Shown: positions 27,313 through 37,890 of the stretch, piece by piece
Numbering within the stretch: position 1 is the first letter of the stretch
How the letters are laid out: every line of letters begins with the position of its first letter
Source of the DNA: an uncultured Nitrospirota bacterium
GTDB taxonomy: Bacteria > CG2-30-53-67
Reading direction: 5' to 3'
Length of the DNA: 64,000 nucleotides
Assembly: GCA_964483105.1 (NCBI GenBank)
Contig: CAYZZU010000005.1
Span: 24,475 to 88,474, forward strand
Made by a program: the position numbers and the translations under genes
The notes under the pieces: model-generated
The model's database searches: none
Told to the model about the DNA's origin: nothing
What the model saw: the letters and a program-made list of their open reading frames with translations, nothing else

Positions 27313-29080
27313 GCAGATCGTCGTTTCGCTTCACAAAGAGAATCAGGCTGTTTCCGGGAAGACGGATTTCTTCAAGGGGTTTTCCATGAATCGAGGGATT
27401 TCCGAGGGTGATTTCCTGGAACTCGTTTGCGGTGGCCTCCTGAACCAGGACATCGAAGATATTCGGACGAATGATCATGTTTTCCAGAGCCAGAGTGACC
27501 TGCCGCTTGAAATCCACGGTACGGATATCCATATCCCTGTATTGCCTCAGGGCGTCCGGATGGTTCAGTCTTGCGATAATCCGATCCACCTGAAAGAGAT
27601 CACGGGCCAGAGAAGCGATCGTCAGATTCACTTCGTCTTCCCGGGTGGTGAGGATGAGGATATCCTCGGCGAAGATTCCGGTTAAGGCCAGAAAATCCGG
27701 ATTGGTCCCATCACCGTACTGGACTCGAAACCCGAACTGCATGGCTTTCTGGTAGGTCCGGATATCTTTTTCCAGGATCACGGTGGGAATTCCACGCTCC
27801 CGGAGACGGCGTGCCAGTTCCAGTCCGACCGTGCCGGCTCCGACAATCTGGATGAACCGGGTGGGCCGGATTTCAGTTTTCATCAGGTAGTTGAAAAGAA
27901 CCGGGGAGGTCATACATGTAGACAGGGCCATGATGATGATCGCCGAATTCAACGCGGGGCTGATTGCTCCCATCTCCAGACCGATTGCGGCCGCCGCTAC
28001 GATCAGACTCAACCGCGCGGAAAGAAGAATACCGCCCGCGAGGGTTTCTCTCCAGTTGAATCGGACATAGAGCAGCAGACCGGACAGCAGATTGACCGCG
28101 TAAGCGGTCACGATCAACACGGGGATCAAGACCAGGCTGGCAGAAGACGCCGTCAGCGCATGCAGGTCAAAATTAACTCCGACCATGATAAAAAAGATCG
28201 GGATGAAAAACCCGTAACCGATCGCGTCCAGTTTGAGCTGCAGATTCGGAATCTCCCCTCTTGAGATCTTGGAGACCAGCGCGCCGGCCAGAAAGGCTCC
28301 GAGAATGACTTCGGCCCCGAGGCTTTGGGCGAAAACCACAAAAATCAGCATCAGGGCGAAAACCCCGCGTACGCGGAGCTGGGAGGTGGCATGGGCCATG
28401 TCCACAAAAACTCTCCGGACAAGGGGAATTCCCTCCAGACGATTTTTGATCCAGTCCGCGACCAGAACGGCGAGAAAGAGAAGTCCGACAAGAAACAGCC
28501 TATGGTCCCATCCATGAGTGTAATAGATGAATCCCATGGTCATCAGGACCACGGTAATCAGGTCCGCGAGCACTGAAGTCGCGAGAAGGATCTGACCGAA
28601 ATCGCCCTCGATGGAGCCCTGTTCCTTGAGAATCATGAGCACAACTCCCAGGGAGGTTGTGGAGAGAATCAGTGTCATTAACCAGGCCTGGGAGGCCAAG
28701 CCTGTTTTCCAGAAAAACCATGCGGCGCATGTGGAAATCAACAGTCGAAGCAGAAATATGGAAATGCTCAGATACAGAGGTTCACTGAAACAACGCCGGA
28801 GGGACCAGCCGCTGCTTGTGATCTTACGGGGCCGCATGAGATCGAAATCCAGTTCGATTCCTGAAAGGAACATGAGGTAGGCAAATCCGAAATGTGAAAG
28901 AAACGAAAGCCAGGGGCCATCCGGAATCAGATCCAATCCGCTTTTCCCGATGACCATGCCGCAAAGGATTTCTCCGACCATAACCGGGATAAAAAGTTTT
29001 TTGAAAAAGGAGGTGAGGAGCGGAACCAGGAAGGCCAGGAGGGAGATCAGGAGAAGAGGGGTGAAAGAGATGGCTTCCAT
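27203..29080 (-). CDS. KefB/KefC-like CPA2 cation:proton antiporter fused to C-terminal TrkA-N/TrkA-C (RCK) domains
   Basis: An N-terminal membrane domain is followed by the Rossmann motif IVGAGTVGLELARRL and an RCK C-terminal domain. Confidence 0.8.
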   Translation of the reverse strand: MEAISFTPLLLISLLAFLVPLLTSFFKKLFIPVMVGEILCGMVIGKSGLDLIPDGPWLSFLSHFGFAYLMFLSGIELDFDLMRPRKITSSGWSLRRCFSEPLYLSISIFLLRLLISTCAAWFFWKTGLASQAWLMTLILSTTSLGVVLMILKEQGSIEGDFGQILLATSVLADLITVVLMTMGFIYYTHGWDHRLFLVGLLFLAVLVADWIKNRLEGIPLVRRVFVDMAHATSQLRVRGVFALMLIFVVFAQSLGAEVILGAFLAGALVSKISRGEIPNLQLKLDAIGYGFFIPIFFIMVGVNFDLHALTASSASLVLIPVLIVTAYAVNLLSGLLLYVRFNWRETLAGGILLSARLSLIVAAAAIGLEMGAISPALNSAIIIMALSTCMTSPVLFNYLMKTEIRPTRFIQIVGAGTVGLELARRLRERGIPTVILEKDIRTYQKAMQFGFRVQYGDGTNPDFLALTGIFAEDILILTTREDEVNLTIASLARDLFQVDRIIARLNHPDALRQYRDMDIRTVDFKRQVTLALENMIIRPNIFDVLVQEATANEFQEITLGNPSIHGKPLEEIRLPGNSLILFVKRNDDLLIPHGKTRLYRKDLIALCGDLDSVLRAREYLEGPTS

Positions 29081-29090
29081 ACAATCCTCA

Positions 29091-29852
29091 TCACAGGACC
29101 AGGACCTTACGGGTCAAAAAAACAATCGCGAGAAGGATGACGATGCCGAGCGTTTTCTGCAGGGTCCGTGGAGAAAAACGGGAAGCACCCAGGAAGGATC
29201 CCAGTGCCCCTCCGATCAGTACCGCGACGATCAGGGGAAGAAACCGGTTCAGGTCGATCACATGGTGTTGAAGGCGGGCCAGAAGGCCCGACAGGGAATT
29301 GATCCAGATGAAGATCGCGCCGGCGGCGGCGGCTTCTTTCTCCGTTCCCAGACCGAAGATGATGATACATGGGACCAGATAGATCCCACCGCCGATCCCG
29401 ACAATTCCGGCCACCAGCCCGAGGATGGAACCGATCAGGAGGCAGGCCGCGATGCAGCCCTTCCTGCCGAAAGTAATCTTCAGACTTGTGTTTCTGAAGA
29501 GATAGATCCGAAGTGCGACAAAAACGAGCGTGATCAGCAGGATCCAGTAGAAGAGCTGCTTCGGCACTTTCAGCGATCCGCCGAGGTACGACATCGGGAT
29601 CGATGAAACCAGGAAGGGAGTGATCAGCTCGAATCTTGCGTGCCGATTTCGGATAAAATGGAAACTTCCGATGGAGGTAACCAGCAGGTTCAATGTCAGG
29701 GAGATCGTGGGAATCGCCAGCGGATCGATTCCGCAAAGGGCCATCAGGGCCGTATAGGAGGATCCCCCTCCAAGCCCCACCGAAGAATACAGGAAGGCCA
29801 CAATCAAAAACAAGGTCGCCAGCAGTTCGATTGAGATGCCCCATTTTTCCAT
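29091..29852 (-). CDS. TauE/SafE (DUF81) family membrane transporter
   Basis: Two repeated 4-TM halves carry the characteristic SSVGLGGGS and VGIGGGI motifs. Confidence 0.7.
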   Translation of the reverse strand: MEKWGISIELLATLFLIVAFLYSSVGLGGGSSYTALMALCGIDPLAIPTISLTLNLLVTSIGSFHFIRNRHARFELITPFLVSSIPMSYLGGSLKVPKQLFYWILLITLVFVALRIYLFRNTSLKITFGRKGCIAACLLIGSILGLVAGIVGIGGGIYLVPCIIIFGLGTEKEAAAAGAIFIWINSLSGLLARLQHHVIDLNRFLPLIVAVLIGGALGSFLGASRFSPRTLQKTLGIVILLAIVFLTRKVLVL

Positions 29853-30009
29853 CAGAGATCAGGTCTCCATCCAAGGTGATCCGGTACGAGAGGGAATACT
29901 TGAATAATCTCCTTCATTGTAACAGACGCGGAAAATTTAGGTAAGCATACCTTTTCTCCAGACAATGATCAAGCGTAAGGAATTCACGTGACTGAGTGCA
30001 AACAACTTG

Positions 30010-30038
30010 TTGACAAAAAAACAAAACATCCTATAATT
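30010..30038 (+). promoter_or_regulatory. consensus sigma70 promoter (TTGACA-17 nt-TATAAT) upstream of tRNA-Leu and tig
   Basis: The sequence TTGACAaaaaaaacaaaacatccTATAAT has perfect -35 and -10 hexamers with 17-nt spacing. Confidence 0.6.
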
Positions 30039-30134
30039 ATCGGATTCTGCGTGAAGAGGTCTGCGGATTGGTTTTCTTCAGGGCGGCACGGGCTTTGCCG
30101 GTTCTGGTGTTTCATCGGCCTGTAGCGGATTCAC

Positions 30135-30220
30135 GCGAGAGTGGCGAAACGGGTATACGCACTAGATTTAGGATCTAGCCCGCCTTGCGGTTGGGGGTTC
30201 GAGTCCCCCCTCTCGCACCA
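30135..30220 (+). tRNA. tRNA-Leu (anticodon UAG), class II with a long variable arm, CCA encoded
   Basis: The acceptor stem GCGAGAG/CTCTCGC is complementary. The anticodon stem is CTAGA/TCTAG with loop TTTAGGA (anticodon TAG). The variable arm is long, the T-arm is GGGGG-TTCGAGT-CCCCC, and the 3' end is ACCA. Confidence 0.85.
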
Positions 30221-30317
30221 GTTATCCCTTACGGATCGTCCGGAAAGGTTTTCGCGTCCCGTTTTTTCAGACTGTTTCCCAGGCGGAGTGTTTTTGAATG
30301 TTGAGAGAAAGGAATTC

Positions 30318-31661
30318 ATGATGGTGGGGCAAAAGCAAAGTCAAATGAAATTCGACGTGGAGGAGCCGAGTCGAACCCAGAGAATCCTGAAGGTTGAGGT
30401 CCCGGCGGAAGAAATCGAACAGAATTTTCAGAAGAGCTACAGGATGTTTCAGAAGAAGAGCAAAATTCCCGGCTTCCGACCCGGCAGAGCGCCGGTTTCG
30501 GTGATTCGAAGACGTTTCGGTGAGGAGATCCGGGCGGACCTTCTTCAACGTCTTCTGGCGGACTACTTCGAACAGGCCTTGAGCGAAGCGTCCATCCAGC
30601 CGGTGGATTCCCCGATCATTCAGCAGATCTCCTTTCAGGAGGGACAGCCCTTTCTTTTCAATGCCAGGGTCTATGTGAAACCTGAATTCGAACTGAAGGA
30701 TTATAAGGGAATCCCGCTTACGAAGAAGAAGATCGAGGTGACGGATGAAATGGTAGACCGGGTGCTGACGGAGATGCGGGAAGGGTTGGCTGAGCTTTCT
30801 TCTTATGAGGATGAAACCCATGCGGTGGAGAAGGGAGATGTGATTGAAGCGGATTTCGAAGGAACAGTCGACGGTGAGGCGCTGGAGGGGGGGAAGGTGA
30901 GCAACCATTTGATCGAAGTGGGCGCCGGACGAATGCTGCCCGCTTTTGAAGAAGGCCTCCTCGGCATGAAGAAAGGAGAATCCAGGGAGATTCGCGCTAC
31001 TTACCCCGAGGATTTCGATGTCAAACATCTGGCCGGCAAAGAGGGAGTTTTCCAGGTCACGCTGAATGATATCAAAATGAAGAAACTTCCCGAACTGGAT
31101 GATGAATTCGCGAAAGACGTGGGAGAAAAATTTTCCACACTGGACGAGTTGAAGGCGAGTATCCGGGAGAAAATGCTGGAGCGGCAGGAAAAAAAGCTCC
31201 GGGAAGAACTCCACCTCCAATTGATGGATGAACTGCTCGATCGAAATCCGATCGAAGAATATCCGGAAGTAATGGTGGAACGTCAGAAGGCGTCCCTGAG
31301 AAGAAGCATGGAGGAATCATACGAAAACCTGGAGGGGAAAGAGGACTCGAAGAAGGAAATCGATCCGGAATTGGAAAAAAAGATCGAGGAGAAGGCCCGA
31401 CGAGACGTGGGCTGGAGCCTGATTATGGAGCAGATTGTAGAGAAAGAAGGGATGACCGTTACGGCGGAGGAGGTCGAAACGGGCCTGGAAAAAAGTGCGT
31501 GGGAGGCCTCCATGTCCAAGGAGGTTTTGCGTGATCTTTATGTCAAGCAGATGGGGTCGCTGGAACCTTTCCGTCTGATGCTCCTGAACGAAAAGGTGCT
31601 TGACTTTTTGCTTGAAAATGCTAAGGTTACAGTAGAAGGGGGTGGCGAGGGCAACGCATAA
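30318..31661 (+). CDS. tig: trigger factor
   Basis: The PGFRPGRAPVSVIRRRFGEEI motif is present, with the typical length and a C-terminal acidic and charged region. It sits upstream of clpP-clpX, a conserved synteny. Confidence 0.9.
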   Translation: MMVGQKQSQMKFDVEEPSRTQRILKVEVPAEEIEQNFQKSYRMFQKKSKIPGFRPGRAPVSVIRRRFGEEIRADLLQRLLADYFEQALSEASIQPVDSPIIQQISFQEGQPFLFNARVYVKPEFELKDYKGIPLTKKKIEVTDEMVDRVLTEMREGLAELSSYEDETHAVEKGDVIEADFEGTVDGEALEGGKVSNHLIEVGAGRMLPAFEEGLLGMKKGESREIRATYPEDFDVKHLAGKEGVFQVTLNDIKMKKLPELDDEFAKDVGEKFSTLDELKASIREKMLERQEKKLREELHLQLMDELLDRNPIEEYPEVMVERQKASLRRSMEESYENLEGKEDSKKEIDPELEKKIEEKARRDVGWSLIMEQIVEKEGMTVTAEEVETGLEKSAWEASMSKEVLRDLYVKQMGSLEPFRLMLLNEKVLDFLLENAKVTVEGGGEGNA

Positions 31662-31784
31662 AAGAACACCCGGGCGCCCCCTCTTTTTTTGATCCGGCCG
31701 GGAATATGCTGCCTCGAAAGAGCGCGCATTCCGCCGGATGAAAGGGAAACGCCTCGGATCTATTTTCGAACAAGGAGCTCGTTC

Positions 31785-32405
31785 ATGACACTCATTCCCA
31801 TGGTTGTGGAACAAACCGCTCGAGGGGAGCGAGCCTACGACATTTACTCCCGTCTGCTTAAGGACCGGATTATATTTGTCGGGACTCCCATTGACGACCA
31901 TATCTCCAATCTGATCATCGCTCAGCTTCTCTTCCTCGAGGCGGACGATCCGGACAAGGACATCAACCTCTACATCAATACCCCCGGAGGAGTGGTGACA
32001 GCCGGATTGGCGATTTATGACACCATGCAATACATCAAACCGCAGGTTTCCACCATCTGCATCGGGCAGGCCTCCAGCATGGGCGCGGTCTTGCTGGCCG
32101 CCGGGGAAACGGGAAAACGTTTCGCCCTCCCTCATGCGAGGGTGATGATCCATCAACCTCTGGGCGGATTCCAGGGGCAGGCATCGGATATCGAAATCCA
32201 CGCCAAAGAGACTCTCAAGATCCGGACGACCCTGAATGAAATTCTCGCAAGGCATACCGGTCAGCCGATCAAGAAGATCCAGAAGGACACGGACCGGGAT
32301 TTTTTCATGTCCGGAGTAGAAGCCAGGGAGTACGGGCTGATTGACGAGGTGATTACCCAGCGTGGCGCAGGAATCAAAGTCGGCGGTGATGACAATGATG
32401 CTTAG
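31785..32405 (+). CDS. clpP: ATP-dependent Clp protease proteolytic subunit
   Basis: The sequence [29 protein letters not shown]...[17 protein letters not shown]...MIHQPLGG includes the catalytic Ser/His region. The start is set at MTLIPMV. Confidence 0.9.
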   Translation: MTLIPMVVEQTARGERAYDIYSRLLKDRIIFVGTPIDDHISNLIIAQLLFLEADDPDKDINLYINTPGGVVTAGLAIYDTMQYIKPQVSTICIGQASSMGAVLLAAGETGKRFALPHARVMIHQPLGGFQGQASDIEIHAKETLKIRTTLNEILARHTGQPIKKIQKDTDRDFFMSGVEAREYGLIDEVITQRGAGIKVGGDDNDA

Positions 32406-32414
32406 GAGAACGGC

Positions 32415-33656
32415 ATGAAGAAAAGTGAACCATCCGGGATTCTACGGTGTTCTTTCTGTGGGAAAAGCCAGGAAGACGTCAGGAAACTGATTGCCGGCCA
32501 TACGGTCTACATCTGTGACGAGTGCATCAACCTGTGCAACGAGATTATCGCAGAAGACAAACAGGTGGATCGAGTCGACAAGTTCCAGAAGATTCCCGAA
32601 CCCCGTATGATCAAGAAGATCCTCGACGACTACGTGATCGGCCAGGAACGTGCCAAGAAGGTGCTTTCCGTTGCGGTCCATAACCACTACAAACGGTTGG
32701 CGTCCAGGGTGGATCTCGGCGACGTGGAGATCCAGAAAAGCAACATTCTTCTCATCGGACCGACCGGATCGGGGAAGACTCTCCTCGCCCAGACTCTGGC
32801 CAGAATCCTCGATGTACCCTGTGCGATCGTTGACGCCACAACCCTTACCGAAGCGGGGTATGTCGGGGAGGACGTGGAGAATATCATTCTGAAACTCCTG
32901 CAGAATGCTGATTACGATGTGGAACGGGCCCAGCAGGGAATCATCTATATCGATGAAATCGACAAAATTTCCCGGAAATCCGAAAACCCGTCGATTACCC
33001 GGGACGTATCCGGTGAAGGGGTACAGCAGGCTCTTTTGAAAATCATCGAGGGAACCACCGCCAATGTACCCCCCCAAGGAGGGCGGAAACATCCCCATCA
33101 GGAATTTCTGCAGGTGGACACGACAAACATCCTTTTTATCTGCGGGGGGGCCTTTGTCGGTCTGGATAAACTGATTGAAAGAAGGATCGGAGAAAGGACC
33201 ATGGGATTCGGCGCCGATGTGAGGAGTCGTCACTCCAAGTCGATCGGTGAGATTCTGGCCCGGGTGGAACCGGAGGACCTCCTGAAGAACGGAATGATTC
33301 CGGAATTCGTCGGTCGTCTCCCCGTGCTTGCGACCCTTGACGAACTGGATGAAGAGGCGCTGGTCCGGATCCTGACCGAACCGAAGAACGCCCTGGTGCA
33401 GCAATATAAGAAATTCTTCGAATTTGAAGGAGTCACCCTGAAATTCACCCAGGAGGCCCTGGTGACCGTAGCCCGGATCGCGCAGAAGCGGAAGACCGGG
33501 GCCCGGGGGTTGAAGGCGGTTCTGGAAAGTTCGATGCTTGACGTGATGTACGACATACCGTCCCAGGCCAATGTCAAGGAGTGCATCATCTCGGAGGAGG
33601 TCATCCTCGGGCGGGAGCAGCCGATCCTGATCTACGAACAGAAGGAAAGCGCCTGA
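32415..33656 (+). CDS. clpX: ATP-dependent Clp protease ATP-binding subunit ClpX
   Basis: The N-terminal zinc ribbon is CSFCGKSQ...CDECI, the Walker A is GPTGSGKT, and an IGF-like loop is present. Confidence 0.95.
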   Translation: MKKSEPSGILRCSFCGKSQEDVRKLIAGHTVYICDECINLCNEIIAEDKQVDRVDKFQKIPEPRMIKKILDDYVIGQERAKKVLSVAVHNHYKRLASRVDLGDVEIQKSNILLIGPTGSGKTLLAQTLARILDVPCAIVDATTLTEAGYVGEDVENIILKLLQNADYDVERAQQGIIYIDEIDKISRKSENPSITRDVSGEGVQQALLKIIEGTTANVPPQGGRKHPHQEFLQVDTTNILFICGGAFVGLDKLIERRIGERTMGFGADVRSRHSKSIGEILARVEPEDLLKNGMIPEFVGRLPVLATLDELDEEALVRILTEPKNALVQQYKKFFEFEGVTLKFTQEALVTVARIAQKRKTGARGLKAVLESSMLDVMYDIPSQANVKECIISEEVILGREQPILIYEQKESA

Positions 33657-33821
33657 TGTTCCGGGAACGACTCCTCCGGATTCCGGTTGATTAAACGAGT
33701 TTCACACGAAGGTGCCATCTCTTTATCCCATGCAGCGCGTTGAACCTCAATCCCGGGGAGTGTGGCGGGGTTCCCCCTCACGGCTGGAGGCAGACGTCGG
33801 CCAATCGATTCCAGAATCCTC

Positions 33822-34436
33822 ATGAAGATCCGCGCGGCGGAGTTTCTGACCTCCGCGATTTATCGAAAAGACTACCCGGATGTACGGTTACCGGAGATCG
33901 CCTTCGCCGGACGCTCCAATGTAGGCAAGTCCACGTTAATCAATTCTCTCCTGAACCGGAAACGACTGGTCAAGGTCAGTTCCACACCCGGGCGGACGCA
34001 GACGATCAATTTCTTCCGGATCAATCATACCTTTGATTTTGTGGATCTTCCGGGTTACGGTTTCGCGAAAGTACCCAAGGCCGTACGGGACGGTTTCGGC
34101 CCCATGATGGAGCGGTATCTGGAAGGGAACCCCTATCTTGCCTGTGTGGTGCATATCCTGGATTTGCGCCACAGACCGGCCGATGCGGACCGGATGATGA
34201 GAGAGTATCTCCTCTTTTTCGGGATTCGGATATTGACGGTCGCAACCAAATCGGATAAACTGCCCCGACGCAGGCAGATAGAACAGATCCATACTCTTCG
34301 GAAGACCATGATGATGGAAGAAACGGAGCCTCTGATCGCCTTTTCTGCCATCACCTCCGGTGGAAAGAAGGATATCTGGATGCATTTGAAAACGGCTCTG
34401 AAGGAACACTCACTCAAAACAGGAGACAAATCATGA
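33822..34436 (+). CDS. engB: ribosome biogenesis GTP-binding protein YihA/EngB
   Basis: The G1 motif is AFAGRSNVGKSTLIN and the G3 motif is DLPGYGFA. Confidence 0.85.
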   Translation: MKIRAAEFLTSAIYRKDYPDVRLPEIAFAGRSNVGKSTLINSLLNRKRLVKVSSTPGRTQTINFFRINHTFDFVDLPGYGFAKVPKAVRDGFGPMMERYLEGNPYLACVVHILDLRHRPADADRMMREYLLFFGIRILTVATKSDKLPRRRQIEQIHTLRKTMMMEETEPLIAFSAITSGGKKDIWMHLKTALKEHSLKTGDKS

Positions 34437-35008
34437 TGCGGACTATCGTTCCGGCGCTTGCGAGCGCCTGCGTTCTTCTATTGCTGACCACGCGCTGCGC
34501 GACATCGGGAATCAAGCCGGGTGAACCCTTGGCGGTCCTGGAGACCGATTACGGGAAGATCGTGATCGCTTTCTATCCGGAGGACGCCCCGAATACCGTG
34601 GAGAATTTCAAGAAACTGGTGCGGAAGGGGTTCTATGATGGCACCTATTTCCATCGTGTCATCCCCGGGTTCATGATCCAGGGAGGGGATCCCAATACCA
34701 AGGATCAGGATCGCAGAAACGACGGGATGGGCGGACCGGGCTACACGATTCCGGCGGAATTCAATCAACACCACCATGTACGCGGAACGGTTTCCATGGC
34801 AAGAAGCGCAGATCCGAACAGCGCGGGTTCGCAGTTTTTCATCTGTGTGGACAGGGCTCCCCACCTGGATGGTCAGTACACGGTCTTCGGCAGGGTCGTT
34901 GAGGGGATGGGGGTCGTGGACCGGATTGTCAGTGCACCACGCGATCACAGAAACAACCCGATCCAGTCGATCCATATTCAGAAGGCCTACCTGTCATCGA
35001 TGGAGTGA
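34433..35008 (+). CDS. peptidyl-prolyl cis-trans isomerase, cyclophilin type, secreted
   Basis: There is a signal peptide, and HRVIPGFMIQGGDP and SQFFIC motifs are present. Confidence 0.85.
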   Translation: MMRTIVPALASACVLLLLTTRCATSGIKPGEPLAVLETDYGKIVIAFYPEDAPNTVENFKKLVRKGFYDGTYFHRVIPGFMIQGGDPNTKDQDRRNDGMGGPGYTIPAEFNQHHHVRGTVSMARSADPNSAGSQFFICVDRAPHLDGQYTVFGRVVEGMGVVDRIVSAPRDHRNNPIQSIHIQKAYLSSME

Positions 35009-35015
35009 TCAACGG

Positions 35016-36809
35016 ATGGTGCTGGAACATGAAAAGATCGAGAGCCTGAACCACTTTGCGATCAAGATCGCCTATTTCAGCATGGAGGTCGGTCTTGAGG
35101 AAGATATCCCTACCTATAGCGGGGGACTGGGAATCCTGGCCGGGGACACCCTGAAATCGTGTGCCGATCTGCACCTTCCCGTGGCCGGAATGACACTCCT
35201 CCAGGAGAAAGGCTATTTCATACAGAGGCTGGATGAACAGGGAAATCAGAGGGAAGAACCGGTGAACTGGTCTCCATCGACCTGCATGGAATGTCTGCCC
35301 CATGTGATCAAGGTCAGGATCTGCGGTCGCAATGTCCACGTCCGGGCCTGGCGCTATCTGGTCCGGGGGGTGACCGGTTCCACGGTTCCGGTCTATTTCC
35401 TGGACACGAATATGGAGGAGAACACTCCGGAGGACAGGGAGATCACCTCCACCCTCTACGGCGGGGACGAGGAATACCGGTTCAAACAGGAAGTGGTTCT
35501 GGGAATCGGAGGAGTCCGGATGCTCCGGGCCATGGGGTACCACAGCCTGAGCACCTTCCATATGAACGAAGGTCACGCAAGCCTCCTGACGCTGGAATTG
35601 TTGCGGGAAAACGAGAAGGATCCGGAGGAGGTCTGGTTCGAACAGGCGCGATGGGATCCCGAGTCGGTCAAAGAGCTCTGCGTGTTCACGACGCACACCC
35701 CGGTTCCCGCCGGCCATGACCGTTTTCCCAATGCACTCGTCAGGAAGGTCCTGGGTGGGGAACGGACGGATCCCCGCTCCGGAGAGGAATCCTGCCTGAT
35801 TCACGGCATTCCCTTCGAGGTGGTCGACCGGCTGAGCGGGACGGGGGAATTCAATATGACCCTTCTTGCGCTCAACCTGAGTCGCTACGCCAACGGCGTG
35901 GCCAAGCGGCATGGAGAGGTTTCACAGGAGATGTTCCCGGAATATGAGATTGATGCCATCACCAACGGGGTCCATGTCCGCACCTGGATGTCCGCGGAGT
36001 TCCAGGCCCTCATGGACCGGTACGTACCGGGGTGGAAGAGCGATTCCTTCCTGCTTCGCCAGGCGGTAGGGATTCCACCGGACGAAATCTGGGAGGCCCA
36101 CCAGGCCTGCAAGAAGAAGCTTCTGGACGCTGTGCGGGAGAAAACCGGCAGGGTCCTTGATCCGGATATTCTCACGATTGGTTTCGCCCGGCGGGCCGCC
36201 GCCTACAAACGAGCGGACCTGCTGTTCCGGGATGTGGAACGGCTGAAACGTATCGTGGGGAAGGCGGGGAAGTTCCAGTTGATCTATGCGGGGAAGGCAC
36301 ATCCAAAGGATGAACCGGGGAAAGACCTGATCCGCAGAATCATTCAGAAAAGCAGAGAACTTTCCGATGTCGTCCCGATCGTTTATCTGGAGAATTATGA
36401 TTTTGCCCTCGGAAAACTGATGACTTCGGGAGTGGATATCTGGCTGAATAACCCCCTGCGGCCTCAGGAGGCTTCCGGAACCAGCGGGATGAAGGCCACC
36501 CTGAACGGGGTCATCAATTTCAGCGTCCTGGACGGCTGGTGGATTGAGGGACACAGGGAAGGAATCACCGGATGGTCTATCGGTCCTCGTCCTGCAAAAG
36601 ACACTGCCCCCGGTGACACGGACAGTGCGGATGTCCGGGACCTCTATGACAAGCTGGAGAGTGTGATCCTGCCCACCTATTATCACCACCGTGAGGCGTG
36701 GATCGGGATCATGCAGAACAGTCTCAGTTTAAACGGATCCTTTTTCAACACCAACCGGATGATGCTGCAATATGTATCAAGCGCCTATCTGAGAAAGCTG
36801 GAGTCGTGA
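35016..36809 (+). CDS. alpha-glucan phosphorylase (GT35 family)
   Basis: The motifs are YFSMEVGLEEDIPTYSGGLGILAGD and the PLP-lysine region GKAHPKDEPGK...EASGTSGMKATLNG. The start is set at MVLEHEK; the track ORF extends upstream into the PPIase gene. Confidence 0.8.
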   Translation: MVLEHEKIESLNHFAIKIAYFSMEVGLEEDIPTYSGGLGILAGDTLKSCADLHLPVAGMTLLQEKGYFIQRLDEQGNQREEPVNWSPSTCMECLPHVIKVRICGRNVHVRAWRYLVRGVTGSTVPVYFLDTNMEENTPEDREITSTLYGGDEEYRFKQEVVLGIGGVRMLRAMGYHSLSTFHMNEGHASLLTLELLRENEKDPEEVWFEQARWDPESVKELCVFTTHTPVPAGHDRFPNALVRKVLGGERTDPRSGEESCLIHGIPFEVVDRLSGTGEFNMTLLALNLSRYANGVAKRHGEVSQEMFPEYEIDAITNGVHVRTWMSAEFQALMDRYVPGWKSDSFLLRQAVGIPPDEIWEAHQACKKKLLDAVREKTGRVLDPDILTIGFARRAAAYKRADLLFRDVERLKRIVGKAGKFQLIYAGKAHPKDEPGKDLIRRIIQKSRELSDVVPIVYLENYDFALGKLMTSGVDIWLNNPLRPQEASGTSGMKATLNGVINFSVLDGWWIEGHREGITGWSIGPRPAKDTAPGDTDSADVRDLYDKLESVILPTYYHHREAWIGIMQNSLSLNGSFFNTNRMMLQYVSSAYLRKLES

Positions 36810-37846
36810 TGGACTTTCAGGGACGTTGTCGTGCCACCGGTATTGGAAGTCTTCCCCTGACCGACCCGCGGGAAAGCGTGAAGGTGATTCTGGAAATGCT
36901 GCCTGAAATCCCCTTCTGGCCTCAGCTTCCCGGCACGGGATTCCGGGAGCAGATGATCCCGCAGTTCTCAGAGGCCTTTCCGGGGATTGTGGAGGATCCG
37001 GTCAGGGAAAGGATCCATGTGGATTCCGAACGTGTCCTGATCGAGCTGGAAAGATTCTATGAGAAAGAGATGGCGGGGGATGTTGATTATTTCCGGATCA
37101 CACCGGAATACGCCGCGGCTCTTCCCGTCATGGTTTCCGCCTTGAGAGAAAGCCCCCCACAGGAGCTTTCCTTCACCAAAGGGCATGTGACCGGCCCGGT
37201 GACCTTCGGTTTTACGGTCAAGGACGAAAAAGGGGTTGCCATCTTCTACGACCCGAACCTTCAGGATGCGACGACCCGCCTGATCGCCATGAAAGCCCTT
37301 TACCAGATCCGCCTTTTCCGCGAGTTCCAGGTTCCCACCATTATTTTCATGGATGAGCCGTACCTGGCCGCTTTCGGAACCACGGGGATGAACATCGAAC
37401 GGGAGGACGTGGTCCGGGTATTAAACAGTATCGTGGAGCGGATTCATCATGCCGGGGGGATTGCCGGGGTTCACTGTTGCGGCAACACCGACTGGTCCCT
37501 CCTTTTTGAGACCAATGTGGATATTGTGAATTTTGATGCTTTTGATTTCATGGACCGGATGGTTCTCTACCCCGACCCGGTCCGCGCCTTTCTGGAGAGG
37601 GGAGGGAACCTCGCATGGGGAATCATCCCCACTTCCTCCGCTGTTTACAAAGAAAGCGTTCATACCCTTGCCGCACGGTTCCGGGAAGGGGTTGAACGGC
37701 TGGTGAATCTCCGGGTGGAAAAGGAACGGCTTTACTCGCAGTGCCTGATTACACCGGCCTGCGGCATGGGGAGCCTGACCGCGGAAAACGCTCTTCGCGT
37801 CCTTTCACTGCTCCGGGATCTCTCCTCGCTTCTCCGTTCGACCTGA
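36809..37846 (+). CDS. cobalamin-independent methionine synthase catalytic-domain-like (MetE C-terminal / URO-D-like fold) protein
   Basis: Candidate zinc-site motifs (HCCGNTDW, ITPACGMGSL) and IIFMDEPYLAAF are reminiscent of the MetE C-terminal domain. The family call is tentative. Confidence 0.45.
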   Translation: MDFQGRCRATGIGSLPLTDPRESVKVILEMLPEIPFWPQLPGTGFREQMIPQFSEAFPGIVEDPVRERIHVDSERVLIELERFYEKEMAGDVDYFRITPEYAAALPVMVSALRESPPQELSFTKGHVTGPVTFGFTVKDEKGVAIFYDPNLQDATTRLIAMKALYQIRLFREFQVPTIIFMDEPYLAAFGTTGMNIEREDVVRVLNSIVERIHHAGGIAGVHCCGNTDWSLLFETNVDIVNFDAFDFMDRMVLYPDPVRAFLERGGNLAWGIIPTSSAVYKESVHTLAARFREGVERLVNLRVEKERLYSQCLITPACGMGSLTAENALRVLSLLRDLSSLLRST

Positions 37847-37890
37847 ACCATCTGTAACGCCGTAACCGATTCTCTCACGCGATATCCGGA

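Noticed and set aside
29107-29874. A 255-aa ORF in an alternative frame overlapping the TauE/SafE gene on the same strand.
   Set aside because: Its Arg/Pro/Gly-rich translation has no motifs. The 29091-29852 frame gives a coherent polytopic membrane protein with the duplicated DUF81 motifs.
30131-30319. A 62-aa minus-strand ORF overlapping the tRNA-Leu.
   Set aside because: It is the reverse complement of a structurally sound tRNA, so it is spurious.
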